Origin: Patescibacteria group bacterium
Lineage (GTDB): Bacteria > Patescibacteriota > Patescibacteriia > UBA1558 > UBA10009
Assembly (NCBI GenBank): GCA_041662565.1
Contig: JBAZSE010000001.1
Coordinates: forward strand, 257,084 to 321,083
Length of the DNA stretch: 64,000 nucleotides
Reading direction: 5' to 3'
Shown: positions 8,596 to 18,158 of the stretch, piece after piece
Layout: each line of letters starts with the position of its first letter
Numbering within the stretch: the first letter of the stretch is position 1
Made by a program: the position numbers and the translations under genes
The notes under the pieces: model-generated
Database searches by the model: none
What the model saw: only the letters and a program-made list of their open reading frames with translations
Told to the model about the DNA's origin: nothing

Positions 8596-9969
8596 CTAAT
8601 AATATCCTTCTCGTTTTTCTAAGTTTTTAAATGAGGCCTGCTCCTCTTGGAAAAAAAGCTTTATTTCGCCGGTTGGGCCGTTACGGTGTTTGGCAATATG
8701 GATTTCGGCCAAGCCCCGTTCTTCCAAGCTAATATCATCTATGCGGTATTTGCGGTCGGCGCTTTTTCTATAAATAAACATTACCACATCGGCATCCTGT
8801 TCAATGGAGCCGGATTCCCTTAAGTGAGCCAAGCGGGGTATGGCTGGGCCTGTCTGTTGTTCTACGGCACGGGAAAGCTGGGAAAGGGCAATAACCGGAA
8901 TTTCTAATTCCCTGGCAATGGCTTTTAAGGCCCTGGTAATTTCTGAAACCTCTTGCACGCGGTTATCGGTTAAGGTGCGACCTTCCATTAACTGCAAGTA
9001 GTCAATAACCAACAAGCCCAAACCATGTTCCAGTTTAAGCCGGCGGGCTTTGGTTCTGATTTCCATAATATTGGCGGTAGCACTATCATCAATAAAGATA
9101 GGAGCTTCGGCCAATGAACCCATAGCAAAATTGATTTTTTGGAAATCATCGTTTTCACCGCTATCCGAAAGGTGCCCTGTTCTCATGTTCCATAAGTTAA
9201 CTCCGGCTTCAGCGCAGAGTAAGCGATCAATTAGCTGTTCTTTGCTCATTTCCAAGCTAAAAATACCTACCGGGATTTTTTCTTTGGTGGCCGCTTGCCT
9301 GGCAATATCCAAGGCGAGTGAGGTTTTACCAACAGAAGGACGGGCGGCAATAATAATCAAATCGCTTTTTTGCAAACCGGCCAGTTTGTTATCCAAATCC
9401 ACAAAGCCCGTAGTAATGCCCCGCAGTTTGCCACCTTGGCGGTGCAGCTCATCAATTCTTTCAAAAGCGCTGGCTAAAATGTTTTTAATGGGAACAAAAT
9501 TCTGCTTAAGGTATTTTTGGGAAATGGAAAAAAGTTTTTGTTCGGCTTGGTCCAAAATATGGTCTACTTCATCATCTTCTTTAAAGCCCAATTCGGTAAT
9601 TTCGCTGGCGGATTTAATCAACCGGCGCAAGGTGGCCTTTTTTTGGATAATCTGGGCGTAGCTTAAAACATGGCTGGCTGTAGGCACCATGTTGGTTAGG
9701 TTGGCTAAGTATGATTGCCCGCCGATTGTATCCAGCTGGTTTTTTTCCCGCAAACGGTTGGCCAAAGATAACAAATCAATCGGCTCGCGTTTTTCATATA
9801 AATCGTACATGGATTCCAAAATCAAGCCGTTGGTTTCTCGGTAAAAATCCTCGGGGCGCAAAATATCAGCTACCTTGGTAATGGCTTCTTTATCAATCAA
9901 AAGACAGCCCAACACGGATTGTTCGGCTTCCAAGTTTTGAGGCGGAATTTTAATTGACCCTTCTGCCAT
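8596..9969 (-). CDS. dnaB: Replicative DNA helicase
   Basis: PPQNLEAEQSVLG, AARPSVGKT, IDYLQL, LRESGSIEQDAD and KHRNGPTG motifs. Confidence 0.98.
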   Translation of the reverse strand: MAEGSIKIPPQNLEAEQSVLGCLLIDKEAITKVADILRPEDFYRETNGLILESMYDLYEKREPIDLLSLANRLREKNQLDTIGGQSYLANLTNMVPTASHVLSYAQIIQKKATLRRLIKSASEITELGFKEDDEVDHILDQAEQKLFSISQKYLKQNFVPIKNILASAFERIDELHRQGGKLRGITTGFVDLDNKLAGLQKSDLIIIAARPSVGKTSLALDIARQAATKEKIPVGIFSLEMSKEQLIDRLLCAEAGVNLWNMRTGHLSDSGENDDFQKINFAMGSLAEAPIFIDDSATANIMEIRTKARRLKLEHGLGLLVIDYLQLMEGRTLTDNRVQEVSEITRALKAIARELEIPVIALSQLSRAVEQQTGPAIPRLAHLRESGSIEQDADVVMFIYRKSADRKYRIDDISLEERGLAEIHIAKHRNGPTGEIKLFFQEEQASFKNLEKREGYY

Positions 9970-10153
9970 AGAATTAATAAAATCATCTTATCAGAAATCA
10001 ATTTAACAAACAACTGCATTTTTAACACCTTTTGCACTTTAAACTGTGGCTAACAAAAAAGCCGCTTAATTCAGGAACAATTTCTCAAAATACAACTACA
10101 ACCTCAATGTATTGGGGATTTTTCTAATGGAGTCCTGGTCGAGCTAAGCTCGA

Positions 10154-10182
10154 TGGTCCGCATATTCACAATCTTTTTTCGA
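10154..10182. mobile_element. Possible distal att remnant matching the tRNA-Lys 3' end
   Basis: TGGTCCGCA, 9 bp identical to the reverse complement of the tRNA-Lys 3' end, sits at the boundary between dnaB and accessory genes; preceded by palindrome TCGAGCTAAGCTCGA. Confidence 0.5.
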
Positions 10183-10222
10183 TAGGGCTTTACTTTTAGG
10201 TATCTGGTGTTATTATAAAAGC

Positions 10223-10573
10223 ATGGTTGAAAATATGAGCAAAAACCGAAAAATAATTCTGGATAAACACGACGAAGCATTAACGGATTTTATTCGCACG
10301 GCGATTGACAAAGTTATTGCAAAAGCACATATGCCATCAGGGGTTGCCAAAAGAATTGTTAGTCGTGCTGTGTATCATCGGAATATGGGGCGCAAAGCCG
10401 CCATCGCTAATTACCCATTTAGCGGTATCTGTGAGGTAAGCGGGCTTCCTATAGATGACTCAATCAAGTCGCTTGATGAAATAGAGGGTGCCAAGGGCTA
10501 TGTTAGTGGGAATTTACGTTGGGTATGTCAAAAAGCAAATAATAATGGTACTGGAACTTGCGGTAAATGCTGA
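10223..10573 (+). CDS. Small HNH-like (phage-type) nuclease-fold protein
   Basis: CEVSG...SLDEIEGAKGYVSGNLRWVC-x-x-AN resembles the SLDRID-x-x-KGY-x-x-x-N-x-x-x-VC-x-x-x-N HNH variant. Confidence 0.55.
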   Translation: MVENMSKNRKIILDKHDEALTDFIRTAIDKVIAKAHMPSGVAKRIVSRAVYHRNMGRKAAIANYPFSGICEVSGLPIDDSIKSLDEIEGAKGYVSGNLRWVCQKANNNGTGTCGKC

Positions 10574-10640
10574 ATAAATCATTTCACATAGTATTACTTA
10601 TTTGCGAATTAAATAAAACAATTTATTTAAATATTTTTTT

Positions 10641-10832
10641 ATGAAAAAACAATTTTATACCTTTGTTATTTTAATTATTTTGTTTGTTGTTAGTACTTTC
10701 TATTGGTTTAATATTAGGCCGAGTGATATAAGAAAAACTTGTATAAATTACTCCATGGCTGATGCTGCAAATCAAGAAATTTTTTGGAATAATTATAAAT
10801 TTTGTCTTGCCAGTAAAGGTTTAAAAGAATAA
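10641..10832 (+). CDS. Small membrane-anchored protein with two Cys
   Basis: N-terminal TM helix; low GC. Confidence 0.65.
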   Translation: MKKQFYTFVILIILFVVSTFYWFNIRPSDIRKTCINYSMADAANQEIFWNNYKFCLASKGLKE

Positions 10833-10845
10833 TTTTATAAAGACA

Positions 10846-11481
10846 ATGAAAAAAATATTAGTAGTATTATTTTTAATTCCAATATTATCAGGGTGTTCTT
10901 TTATTAAAAATAATGTCGTAAAAAATAACAATATAGCCAAAACTGATAACTCAGCGCAGGACAACAATCTTAATTTAGCAACGACAACTGGCAATACACA
11001 AATAAGCAATTTAAATAATGATATATGTAAAACAGCTACTTTTACTCCGCCATTAGAACAAGAGATTGCCTATAATAACGAAATAAAACAAGATGAATAT
11101 GTAAAATATTTAAGGCGTTCGTTAGATGATTATTTATCTTCTAATTTTTCGACTCAATCTCGAGGTTTCGGACTAATTGATGGTATACACTATGCTGACT
11201 CCGCATATGGTAATTTTAATATGATCGACCCTGCTTATCTAAAAAGTAAATTTATAGTTTTATCAACTGATTTTAATCCATTTGGAGGCAAGGGAATAAC
11301 TTTAATATTTAAAAATAAGCCAGATAGAATATTCTATGCGTGGGTTTATAGATATATAGGAGTTGGTTATGATTTGCGTGATCTTAGTGATTACGAAAAA
11401 TTACAAGATGGCTCAAATGGTGTAAAAGAGGTTCAAGCGGGAGCTATTAATCAACTTTGTAATGACGAATTTGGTTTATAA
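10846..11481 (+). CDS. Hypothetical lipoprotein
   Basis: Lipobox ILSGC and an Asn-rich linker; low GC. Confidence 0.75.
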   Translation: MKKILVVLFLIPILSGCSFIKNNVVKNNNIAKTDNSAQDNNLNLATTTGNTQISNLNNDICKTATFTPPLEQEIAYNNEIKQDEYVKYLRRSLDDYLSSNFSTQSRGFGLIDGIHYADSAYGNFNMIDPAYLKSKFIVLSTDFNPFGGKGITLIFKNKPDRIFYAWVYRYIGVGYDLRDLSDYEKLQDGSNGVKEVQAGAINQLCNDEFGL

Positions 11482-11673
11482 TTGATAATCAAATTGACTC
11501 GCTCAAGCGATATTGTTATAGTACTGGCAAAGTTAAAATCAATTGTTTTTTTGTGCTGGAATGTGGCAAGGCAAAAATTCTAATTGGGAATTTATAAGTT
11601 TTTATCATTTTGACTTTTCCAATGTTTTTGCTATAATGCCAGTGCTTAAAAAGTATAATATTAATTTACAATT

Positions 11674-12021
11674 ATGCTAAGATTAGCTAATTTATTTCGA
11701 CCAAAATTGCAAGATGAAGCCATGGATGCTTATTTTCATAGATTGCCCAATGGAATACAGGTAGAATGGTTTCGCGATGGGAATTTTATTATCGGTAATA
11801 TTTTTGCAGAGGGGAATAAGTATATGACTCAAGCCGTATCAGCCAATGAATTTATTGAGATGGTTAATGATACTTTATTGGCTGTTTATGATATTCCCAA
11901 AAACTATCAAAACGAACTATTAAAGTATAAAAAATTTAAGCCGTCAATTCAGGAATTTAATGATCTTAATAACGCCGCTATTAAAAAATCTTCGTTAAAA
12001 TTTGAAAAGCAATTAGCGTAA
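11674..12021 (+). CDS. HicB-like antitoxin
   Basis: YMTQAVSANEFIEMVNDTL resembles the HicB TQG-x-T-x-EE-x-x-x-x-x-x-DA motif; promoter TTGACT-N16-TATAAT at 11610-11637. Confidence 0.55.
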   Translation: MLRLANLFRPKLQDEAMDAYFHRLPNGIQVEWFRDGNFIIGNIFAEGNKYMTQAVSANEFIEMVNDTLLAVYDIPKNYQNELLKYKKFKPSIQEFNDLNNAAIKKSSLKFEKQLA

Positions 12022-12027
12022 GAGATT

Positions 12028-12276
12028 ATGACAGAATACGCGGATATTAAATTAAAGAGACTTCGTAATTTTATTAAACATTTAAGCCATAGAACTAACA
12101 TAAAATTAGAAAGAGGCGGTGGCCATGTTGATAAAATTACCTATCCTCATTGGGCAAGGCCATTTCCATTACCCTCAAGGCACGGTACAGTCAATAAGCA
12201 TATTGTTAAGGATTTGTTGGAAAAGTTAATTAACGATGAAATTACCAATCAAGAGGAAATAGATAAAAAATTATAA
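12028..12276 (+). CDS. HicA-like toxin
   Basis: 82 aa and basic; RGGGH (G-x-H catalytic His) followed by P-x-x-H-x-x-V as in the HicA dsRBD-like fold. Confidence 0.6.
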   Translation: MTEYADIKLKRLRNFIKHLSHRTNIKLERGGGHVDKITYPHWARPFPLPSRHGTVNKHIVKDLLEKLINDEITNQEEIDKKL

Positions 12277-12342
12277 ACAAAAAACAACGGTTTTAAGCCG
12301 TTGTTTTTGATACTGGTCCGCCTTATGGGACGAAGTGGGAAG
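12275..12342. mobile_element. Imperfect direct repeat of the tRNA-Lys 3' end plus terminator (att-like)
   Basis: AAACAAAAAACAACGG-TTTTAAG-CCGTTGTTTTTGATAC-TGGTCCGC matches AAACAAAAGCAACGG-CTAAAA-CCGTTGTTTTTAAT-TGGTCCGC at about 14455-14497. Confidence 0.75.
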
Positions 12343-12576
12343 AAATTTGACAGAATTATTGAAATAATCTATAATATTATTGTAATAAAATACAGGGTCA
12401 AAATGCCTCAATAAACAGGCCGTTTTGACTTCTTTTATTATAAGGCAATTTTGCTTAAATTAAGCACATTGACAGTAAATTCAGATCTTTATCCGTTAAT
12501 TTCTTATAGTGCAATCAAGTTAAATTGGCGCTGAAAATCAGTAGCCAGCTAAGAGAAAGACGGTTGAGATAAATAC

Positions 12577-12759
12577 ATGGGAGTAAATTTGATGCTTTTT
12601 CCGAACATCAATCGTTGGCGAGATGAAGGATCTAGAATCCCATCATCAGCGCCAAGCAACGTTTCATCGGTCTTAAATGGCACGCAAGATAACAATCTTG
12701 CCGTGTCTCAAGACTGCGAAGCAGACCCGTGCGATTGCACTGGGGATGACGGGGATTAA
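12577..12759 (+). CDS. Putative RiPP precursor peptide (C-terminal DCEADPCDCTGDDGD)
   Basis: Short ORF with a Cys/Asp-rich tail directly upstream of the rSAM/SPASM gene, separated from it by a strong stem-loop (GGGGTGG...CCACCCC). Confidence 0.7.
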   Translation: MGVNLMLFPNINRWRDEGSRIPSSAPSNVSSVLNGTQDNNLAVSQDCEADPCDCTGDDGD

Positions 12760-12829
12760 TGATTGAAACACCCGGGGTGGTAGAGGTTTTAACAAAATCT
12801 CCGCCACCCCAACATTTCAGGAGAGCAAC

Positions 12830-13858
12830 ATGACTCAACCGGTATTTTCTATCCAGTGGCATATTACTACACGTTGCCAGCAACGTTGCCGTCATTGCTA
12901 TCTTTTTACTTCTCCGGAAGCACAAAAGGAAATATCTGGAGAGAAAAGTGTCACTTTCGACAAGTTAAAACTGATCGCTGACAACTTAGTTTTTTCTTGT
13001 CAAAAGCTAGGCGCTAAACCAAAAACATCAATCACCGGAGGTGATCCAATCCTCCACCCATATTTTTGGGAGCTGCTAGCTTACCTCGAAAAGTTGGGTA
13101 TTAAAGTCAGCATTCTTGGTAATCCATTCAAAATTACCAATAAGGTCGCTGAAAAATTAACTCACCTGGGAGTTAGTAAATACCAAATGTCTTTAGATGG
13201 GCTTCCTGAAACTCATGATCGACTGAGGAAGCCGGGATCATTCGATCGGACAATTCGTGCCAGTAAGATTCTAAAGAAACATGGGATAAAAGTCGGCATC
13301 ATGACTACAGTTTCAAAGTTGAACGCCTCAGAGATACCCTCTTTGATTGAATTAGTAGCTAAAGAAGGAATAAATAGCTACTCATTCGCGCGCTATTGTC
13401 CGACTCACAACGATCTTGGTTATATGTTCAGCCCGCAAGAATACCGCAGTTTTTTAGCTTCGGTTTGGGAAACTTATACTAAGAATGTTGACAGAGGAAC
13501 TAAATTCACATTGAAAGATCATCTTTGGCTTTTATTCCTCAAGGAGGAAGGCCTATTCAGGCCAGAGCCTACTAATGGGATTATTATCAGCGGTTGCGGT
13601 CTTGGCATATCACACTTATCGGTTTTGGCTGATGGTACGGTTTATGCCTGCCGCAGATTTCATAGTCCCGTTGGCCAAGTTCCTGAGCAAAGTTTTTACG
13701 AGATTTTCACCGGAGTTCAAATGAATGAATTTCGGGATTATTCTCGCTTGGAAAAATGCAAGGATTGCGAATTGCTTTGTTACTGCCGTGGCTGTATGGC
13801 AGTCGCCTATGGCTTTACCAATCACTGGACTGCGCCAGATCCACAATGCTGGAAATAA
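12830..13858 (+). CDS. Radical SAM/SPASM peptide maturase (AcgM-like)
   Basis: QWHIT-x-x-CQQRCRHC (CX3CX2C), TGGDP, SLDG-x-x-ETHD, and SPASM Cys array C...ACRR...CKDC-x5-CRGC...DPQCWK; SD AGGAG. Confidence 0.92.
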   Translation: MTQPVFSIQWHITTRCQQRCRHCYLFTSPEAQKEISGEKSVTFDKLKLIADNLVFSCQKLGAKPKTSITGGDPILHPYFWELLAYLEKLGIKVSILGNPFKITNKVAEKLTHLGVSKYQMSLDGLPETHDRLRKPGSFDRTIRASKILKKHGIKVGIMTTVSKLNASEIPSLIELVAKEGINSYSFARYCPTHNDLGYMFSPQEYRSFLASVWETYTKNVDRGTKFTLKDHLWLLFLKEEGLFRPEPTNGIIISGCGLGISHLSVLADGTVYACRRFHSPVGQVPEQSFYEIFTGVQMNEFRDYSRLEKCKDCELLCYCRGCMAVAYGFTNHWTAPDPQCWK

Positions 13859-13927
13859 CCGAATGGGATGGTTTACATTTTAGACCACCCCATTTTTTTT
13901 AAAGCTTATTTGTGATAAAATTGATAT

Positions 13928-14455
13928 ATGCAACAATTCATCAAAGAGGTTTTAAAATATGCCAATAAAGGTAAAATTTTAGACTTGGGAGCCGGGGTAG
14001 GAAAACAGGCCGAGAAATTTTTAGCAACCGGCGCTTCCGTTACTGCGGTTGATAAAAAAAAACCAAAAAAACAAAATCAAAAAATTATCTGGAAAAAATC
14101 CAGAATGGAAGAATTTATTTTTTCTTCGGATTTTACTGATGTTTATGATGTTATTTTCATGCAGAATATAATTCAATTTTTAGATAAAAAATGGACATTA
14201 GCAACTTTAATGCCTGTTTTACAAAGGCACTTATCTAAAAATGGAATAATAGCTATTAGAACTTTTTATAAAAATCCAATTCCTCCCTTTAATAGAGCCC
14301 CTCTCTCACTTTATAAAATCAACACTTTATTATTCTTATTCAAGGGATGGAAAGTTTTATTTGCCAGACAGTTTAAATATGACGGGCCAGGACTTGATGG
14401 AATTAAAAGGCGTTTTTATTTAAGCGATTTAATTGTAAAAAATCAGAAGAAATAA
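13928..14455 (+). CDS. Class I SAM-dependent methyltransferase (TehB-like)
   Basis: ILDLGAGVG motif I, VTAVD and YDVIF. Confidence 0.85.
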   Translation: MQQFIKEVLKYANKGKILDLGAGVGKQAEKFLATGASVTAVDKKKPKKQNQKIIWKKSRMEEFIFSSDFTDVYDVIFMQNIIQFLDKKWTLATLMPVLQRHLSKNGIIAIRTFYKNPIPPFNRAPLSLYKINTLLFLFKGWKVLFARQFKYDGPGLDGIKRRFYLSDLIVKNQKK

Positions 14456-14489
14456 AACAAAAGCAACGGCTAAAACCGTTGTTTTTAAT

Positions 14490-14566
14490 TGGTCCGCACA
14501 GCAGGATTCGAACCTGCGACCGTTTGCTTAAAAGGCAACTGCTCTACCAGGCTGAGCTATGTGCGG
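14490..14566 (-). tRNA. tRNA-Lys (UUU)
   Basis: CCGCACA acceptor, CT-TTT-AA anticodon loop, GGTTCGAATCC T-arm, encoded CCA. Confidence 0.95.
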
Positions 14567-14760
14567 GCGTGTGGTAGACTATAATTTCATAACTTTCGCT
14601 AGAATAACACAATCTTTGCCGTTTGGCAAGCCCGTAGGCATTTTTGATAAGAAATGAATGGAATTTTTGAGAATTGGCAAAAATTATTTTTTATGGTAAG
14701 ATAGTAGTAGTAATGATGATTTCACGATCATCCATTTTTTATCATTAACCATACAAAAAT

Positions 14761-15555
14761 ATGGAAAATCAAGATCAAGCTTGTTCCGGCAATGGCTGTT
14801 GCCGATCAATGTTTTCAGCAAAGCATCTCATTGCCTTAGTGCTAATTTTAGGCGCTATTACTTTGGGTATTGTGTCTTTAGTGAGGGATAGAATTGTTAA
14901 TCCTGATCGCAATCAGGTTTCGTTTACGGCCGATGCCAAGGTTTTTGCCAAACCGGATATTGCTCAAATCCAACTGGCTGTTAAAACCGAACGCTCCAAA
15001 GATGCCGTTACAGCGGTTAAAAATAACACTGCTAAAATGAATGCGGTAACCGATAAGTTAAAAGAGCTGGGTATTGAAGATAAAGATGTTAAAACAACCA
15101 ATTATAATTTAAGCCCGGAATACGATTACACCATTAATGTGGGCCGAAGCACTTTAGCCGGCTACAGTGTTTATCAGGAAGTAACCGTTAAAATCAGAGA
15201 TTTGGATAAGGTTGGCACGATTATTGAAGCCGCAACATCAGCCGGATCCAATCAAGTTGGCGGTATTTCTTTTACCATTGATGATTTAACTGAAATTAAA
15301 AAGCAAGCCAGAGCCGAGGCCATTGCCAAAGCCAAAGAGCAAGCCAAGAGCATGGCCGAACTAACCGGCATCAAATTAGGCAAACTGGTTAATGTTTACG
15401 AAAATACCGGCAGCCCAATGCCATACTATGATAACGGCATTTACTCGGCTAAAACCATGGGTATGGGCGGCGCGGAACTATCTGTTGCTCCAACCATTCA
15501 AACCGGTGAAAATGAAGTTAGGGTCGAAATTACTTTGAGTTACGAAGTTAAATAA
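14761..15555 (+). CDS. SIMPL (DUF541) domain protein
   Basis: AKPDIAQIQLAV, GIEDKDVKT-x-x-YNLSPEY, AIAKAKEQA-x-x-MA and GE-x-x-V motifs. Confidence 0.92.
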   Translation: MENQDQACSGNGCCRSMFSAKHLIALVLILGAITLGIVSLVRDRIVNPDRNQVSFTADAKVFAKPDIAQIQLAVKTERSKDAVTAVKNNTAKMNAVTDKLKELGIEDKDVKTTNYNLSPEYDYTINVGRSTLAGYSVYQEVTVKIRDLDKVGTIIEAATSAGSNQVGGISFTIDDLTEIKKQARAEAIAKAKEQAKSMAELTGIKLGKLVNVYENTGSPMPYYDNGIYSAKTMGMGGAELSVAPTIQTGENEVRVEITLSYEVK

Positions 15556-15560
15556 ATATC

Positions 15561-15603
15561 AAAAAGCTCCGGCATTACTTACGGTAAAAGTCGGAGCTTT
15601 TTT
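15561..15603 (+). terminator. Terminator after the SIMPL gene
   Basis: AAAAAGCTCCGG...TCGGAGCTTTTTT. Confidence 0.7.
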
Positions 15604-15661
15604 AATTACCAAAATTTTCAAATTCCTGTATAATAGAGGTATTATTTTTAATATTTGTTAT

Positions 15662-18037
15662 ATGAAAAACATTCTTTGGTTTAATGAACTAAATATTTCC
15701 GATATTCCCAAGGTGGGTGGAAAAAACGCTTCTTTGGGCGAAATGTATCAAAAATTAACGAAAAAAGGGATTAAAGTGCCTAATGGTTTTGCCATCAGTT
15801 CCGGCGCTTATTATACCTTTCTTAAATTAACGGGAATTGATAAGGAAATTAAAAAAATTCTCACAGGTTTGGATACCGGCAATATGAAGGATTTAGCCAA
15901 AAGAGGCGCGCTTGTTAGGGAGGTGATTTTAAATGCCGAATTTCCTAACGAACTTAAAACCGATATTGATTCTGCTTACAAAAAATTATGCACGTTTGCT
16001 AAAAGGCAAAATGTTGATGTGGCTGTCCGCTCCAGCGCTACGGCCGAGGATTTGCCCGATGCTTCTTTTGCCGGCCAACAGGAATCTTATTTAAATATCA
16101 AGGGCGAGCATTCGTTATTGGAAGCGGTTAAGCAATGCATGGCCTCGTTATTTACCGATCGAGCCATTAGCTATCGAGTGGATAAAAAATACGATCATTT
16201 TAAAATTGGCCTTTCGGTCGGGGTGCAAATTATGGTGCGATCGGATTTAGCTTGTTCGGGCGTAATGTTTTCCATTCATACGGAAACAGGTTTTAAAAAC
16301 GCCGTCATTATCAATGCCTCTTACGGTTTGGGCGAATATATTGTTAAAGGCACAGTTACGCCGGATGAATATTTGGTTTTTAAGCCAACTTTAAAGCAGG
16401 GCTTTAAATCCATTATCGGAAAAGAATTGGGCAGTAAAAAACATAAACTAATTTACGCTTCCGGCGGAACAAAACCAACTCAAGATGTGGAAGTTTCGGC
16501 AAGCGATCAAAATAAATACGCGCTTAATGATGCCGAAATTTTGCAGTTGGCCAAATGGGGTTGTTTAATTGAAGATCATTACAAAAAACCCATGGATATG
16601 GAATGGGCCAAAGATGGCCATAGCAAACAATTATTTATCGTCCAGGCCAGGCCCGAAACGGTTGAATCGCGCGTTAATCCCAATGTGATTGAAGAATATA
16701 TTTTGGAAGAAAAAGGCAAAATAATCGTGGAAGGCGCTGCTGTTGGTAAAAAAATCGGGCAGGGCAAGGTGCGGGTAATTCCGGATGTTTCGCAGCTGCA
16801 TGTTTTTAAAGAAGGGGAGATTTTGGTTGCCGAAATGACTGATCCGGATTGGGAGCCGATAATGAAAAAGGCCAAAGGCATTATTACCGATTCCGGTGGC
16901 CGAACTTGCCACGCAGCCATAGTTTCCCGCGAGCTTGGTATTCCTTGCGTGGTGGGCACAGGTAAAGCCACCGAGCTCTTGCGCACCGGCCAAGAAGTTA
17001 CTTTAAGCGGAGTGGAGGGCGAAGTTGGCCGGGTTTATAACGGGCTGTTAAAATATAAAATAAAAAAAACCAATATTAAAAATCTTAAGCGTCCTAAACG
17101 CGTTAAGGTGATGATGAATGTGGGCAATCCCGAAGCGGCATTTGCCGAAAGTTTTATTCCCAATGACGGCGTTGGCTTGGCCCGTGAAGAATTTATTATT
17201 TCCAATTTTATTAAAATTCATCCCTTGGCTTTAATTAATTACAAAAAGATCAAGGATTTGGCTGTTAAAAATCAGATTGATGAGCTAACGGCAGCTTATG
17301 ATAACAAAGTCCAATTTTACATTGATAAGCTGGCTTACGGCATTGGCAGGATTGCCGGCGCGTTTTGGCCCAAGGATGTTATTGTTCGCTTATCCGATTT
17401 TAAAACCAATGAATACGCCGGTTTAATCGGCGGTAAAATGTACGAACCTTTGGAAGATAATCCGATGATCGGCTGGCGCGGGGCTTCTAGATATTACGAT
17501 CCCAAATACATTGAAGGTTTTAAGTTGGAATGCCTGGCGTTTAAAAAAGCCCGTGAAGAAATGGGTTTAACTAATATTAAAATCATGGTGCCGTTTTGCC
17601 GAACTATTGAAGAGGGTGAAAAGGTCTTAAAAATTATGGCGCAACATGGCTTAAAGCGGGGGGTTAAAGGTTTGGAAGTTTACGTGATGTGCGAAATTCC
17701 TTCCAATGTTATTTTAGGCAAAGAATTTTGTAAAATCTTTGACGGTTTTTCGATTGGCTCCAATGATTTAACTCAGCTCACGCTGGGCGTGGATAGGGAT
17801 TCGCAGTTGGTGGCTCATGTGTATAACGAAAAAAACGAGGCCGTTAAAATATTAATCAGGCAGATTATCAAAACAGCTCATCAGTATAAGCGCAAGGTGG
17901 GTATTTGCGGACAGGCACCATCGGATTTTCCAGATTTTGCCCAATTTTTGGTTAGAGAAGGTATAGATTCCATTTCCTTAATTCCGGATACGGTAATTTC
18001 CACTACGGTAAAAATCGCCCAAGCAGAGAAGAAATAG
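15662..18037 (+). CDS. ppsA: Phosphoenolpyruvate synthase
   Basis: VGGKNASLGEM, RSSATAEDLP-x-ASFAGQ, GGRTCHAAI (phospho-His) and SIGSNDLTQL motifs. Confidence 0.98.
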   Translation: MKNILWFNELNISDIPKVGGKNASLGEMYQKLTKKGIKVPNGFAISSGAYYTFLKLTGIDKEIKKILTGLDTGNMKDLAKRGALVREVILNAEFPNELKTDIDSAYKKLCTFAKRQNVDVAVRSSATAEDLPDASFAGQQESYLNIKGEHSLLEAVKQCMASLFTDRAISYRVDKKYDHFKIGLSVGVQIMVRSDLACSGVMFSIHTETGFKNAVIINASYGLGEYIVKGTVTPDEYLVFKPTLKQGFKSIIGKELGSKKHKLIYASGGTKPTQDVEVSASDQNKYALNDAEILQLAKWGCLIEDHYKKPMDMEWAKDGHSKQLFIVQARPETVESRVNPNVIEEYILEEKGKIIVEGAAVGKKIGQGKVRVIPDVSQLHVFKEGEILVAEMTDPDWEPIMKKAKGIITDSGGRTCHAAIVSRELGIPCVVGTGKATELLRTGQEVTLSGVEGEVGRVYNGLLKYKIKKTNIKNLKRPKRVKVMMNVGNPEAAFAESFIPNDGVGLAREEFIISNFIKIHPLALINYKKIKDLAVKNQIDELTAAYDNKVQFYIDKLAYGIGRIAGAFWPKDVIVRLSDFKTNEYAGLIGGKMYEPLEDNPMIGWRGASRYYDPKYIEGFKLECLAFKKAREEMGLTNIKIMVPFCRTIEEGEKVLKIMAQHGLKRGVKGLEVYVMCEIPSNVILGKEFCKIFDGFSIGSNDLTQLTLGVDRDSQLVAHVYNEKNEAVKILIRQIIKTAHQYKRKVGICGQAPSDFPDFAQFLVREGIDSISLIPDTVISTTVKIAQAEKK

Positions 18038-18045
18038 ATCAGGGG

Positions 18046-18113
18046 CGGTTATCAACTTGACCATTTTTGAAACTTAAGATAAGTTAATAAACAGCGTCAT
18101 GGTGACGCTGTTT
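18046..18113 (+). repeat. Promoter+hairpin repeat, copy 1
   Basis: 68 bp, 64/68 identical to 18495-18562; TTGACC-N17-TAAGTT followed by hairpin AAACAGCGTCA-TGG-TGACGCTGTTT. Confidence 0.9.
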
Positions 18114-18158
18114 TTGTTCCTCACCGGTTCATCAACCCGGTAAACAAATGGAGATCTC

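Noticed and set aside
9050-9661. Long antisense ORFs (for example 9050-9661, 2003-2419, 16579-16986, 59774-60190)
   Set aside because: They are shadow frames of well-supported genes on the opposite strand.
12678-12767. Alternative-frame peptide MARKITILPC... as the RiPP precursor
   Set aside because: It has no SD and a single Cys; the overlapping Cys/Asp-rich frame fits a SPASM substrate better, though this one is not formally excluded.
10000-14490. Prophage
   Set aside because: No integrase, terminase, capsid or replication genes; only small cargo islets.
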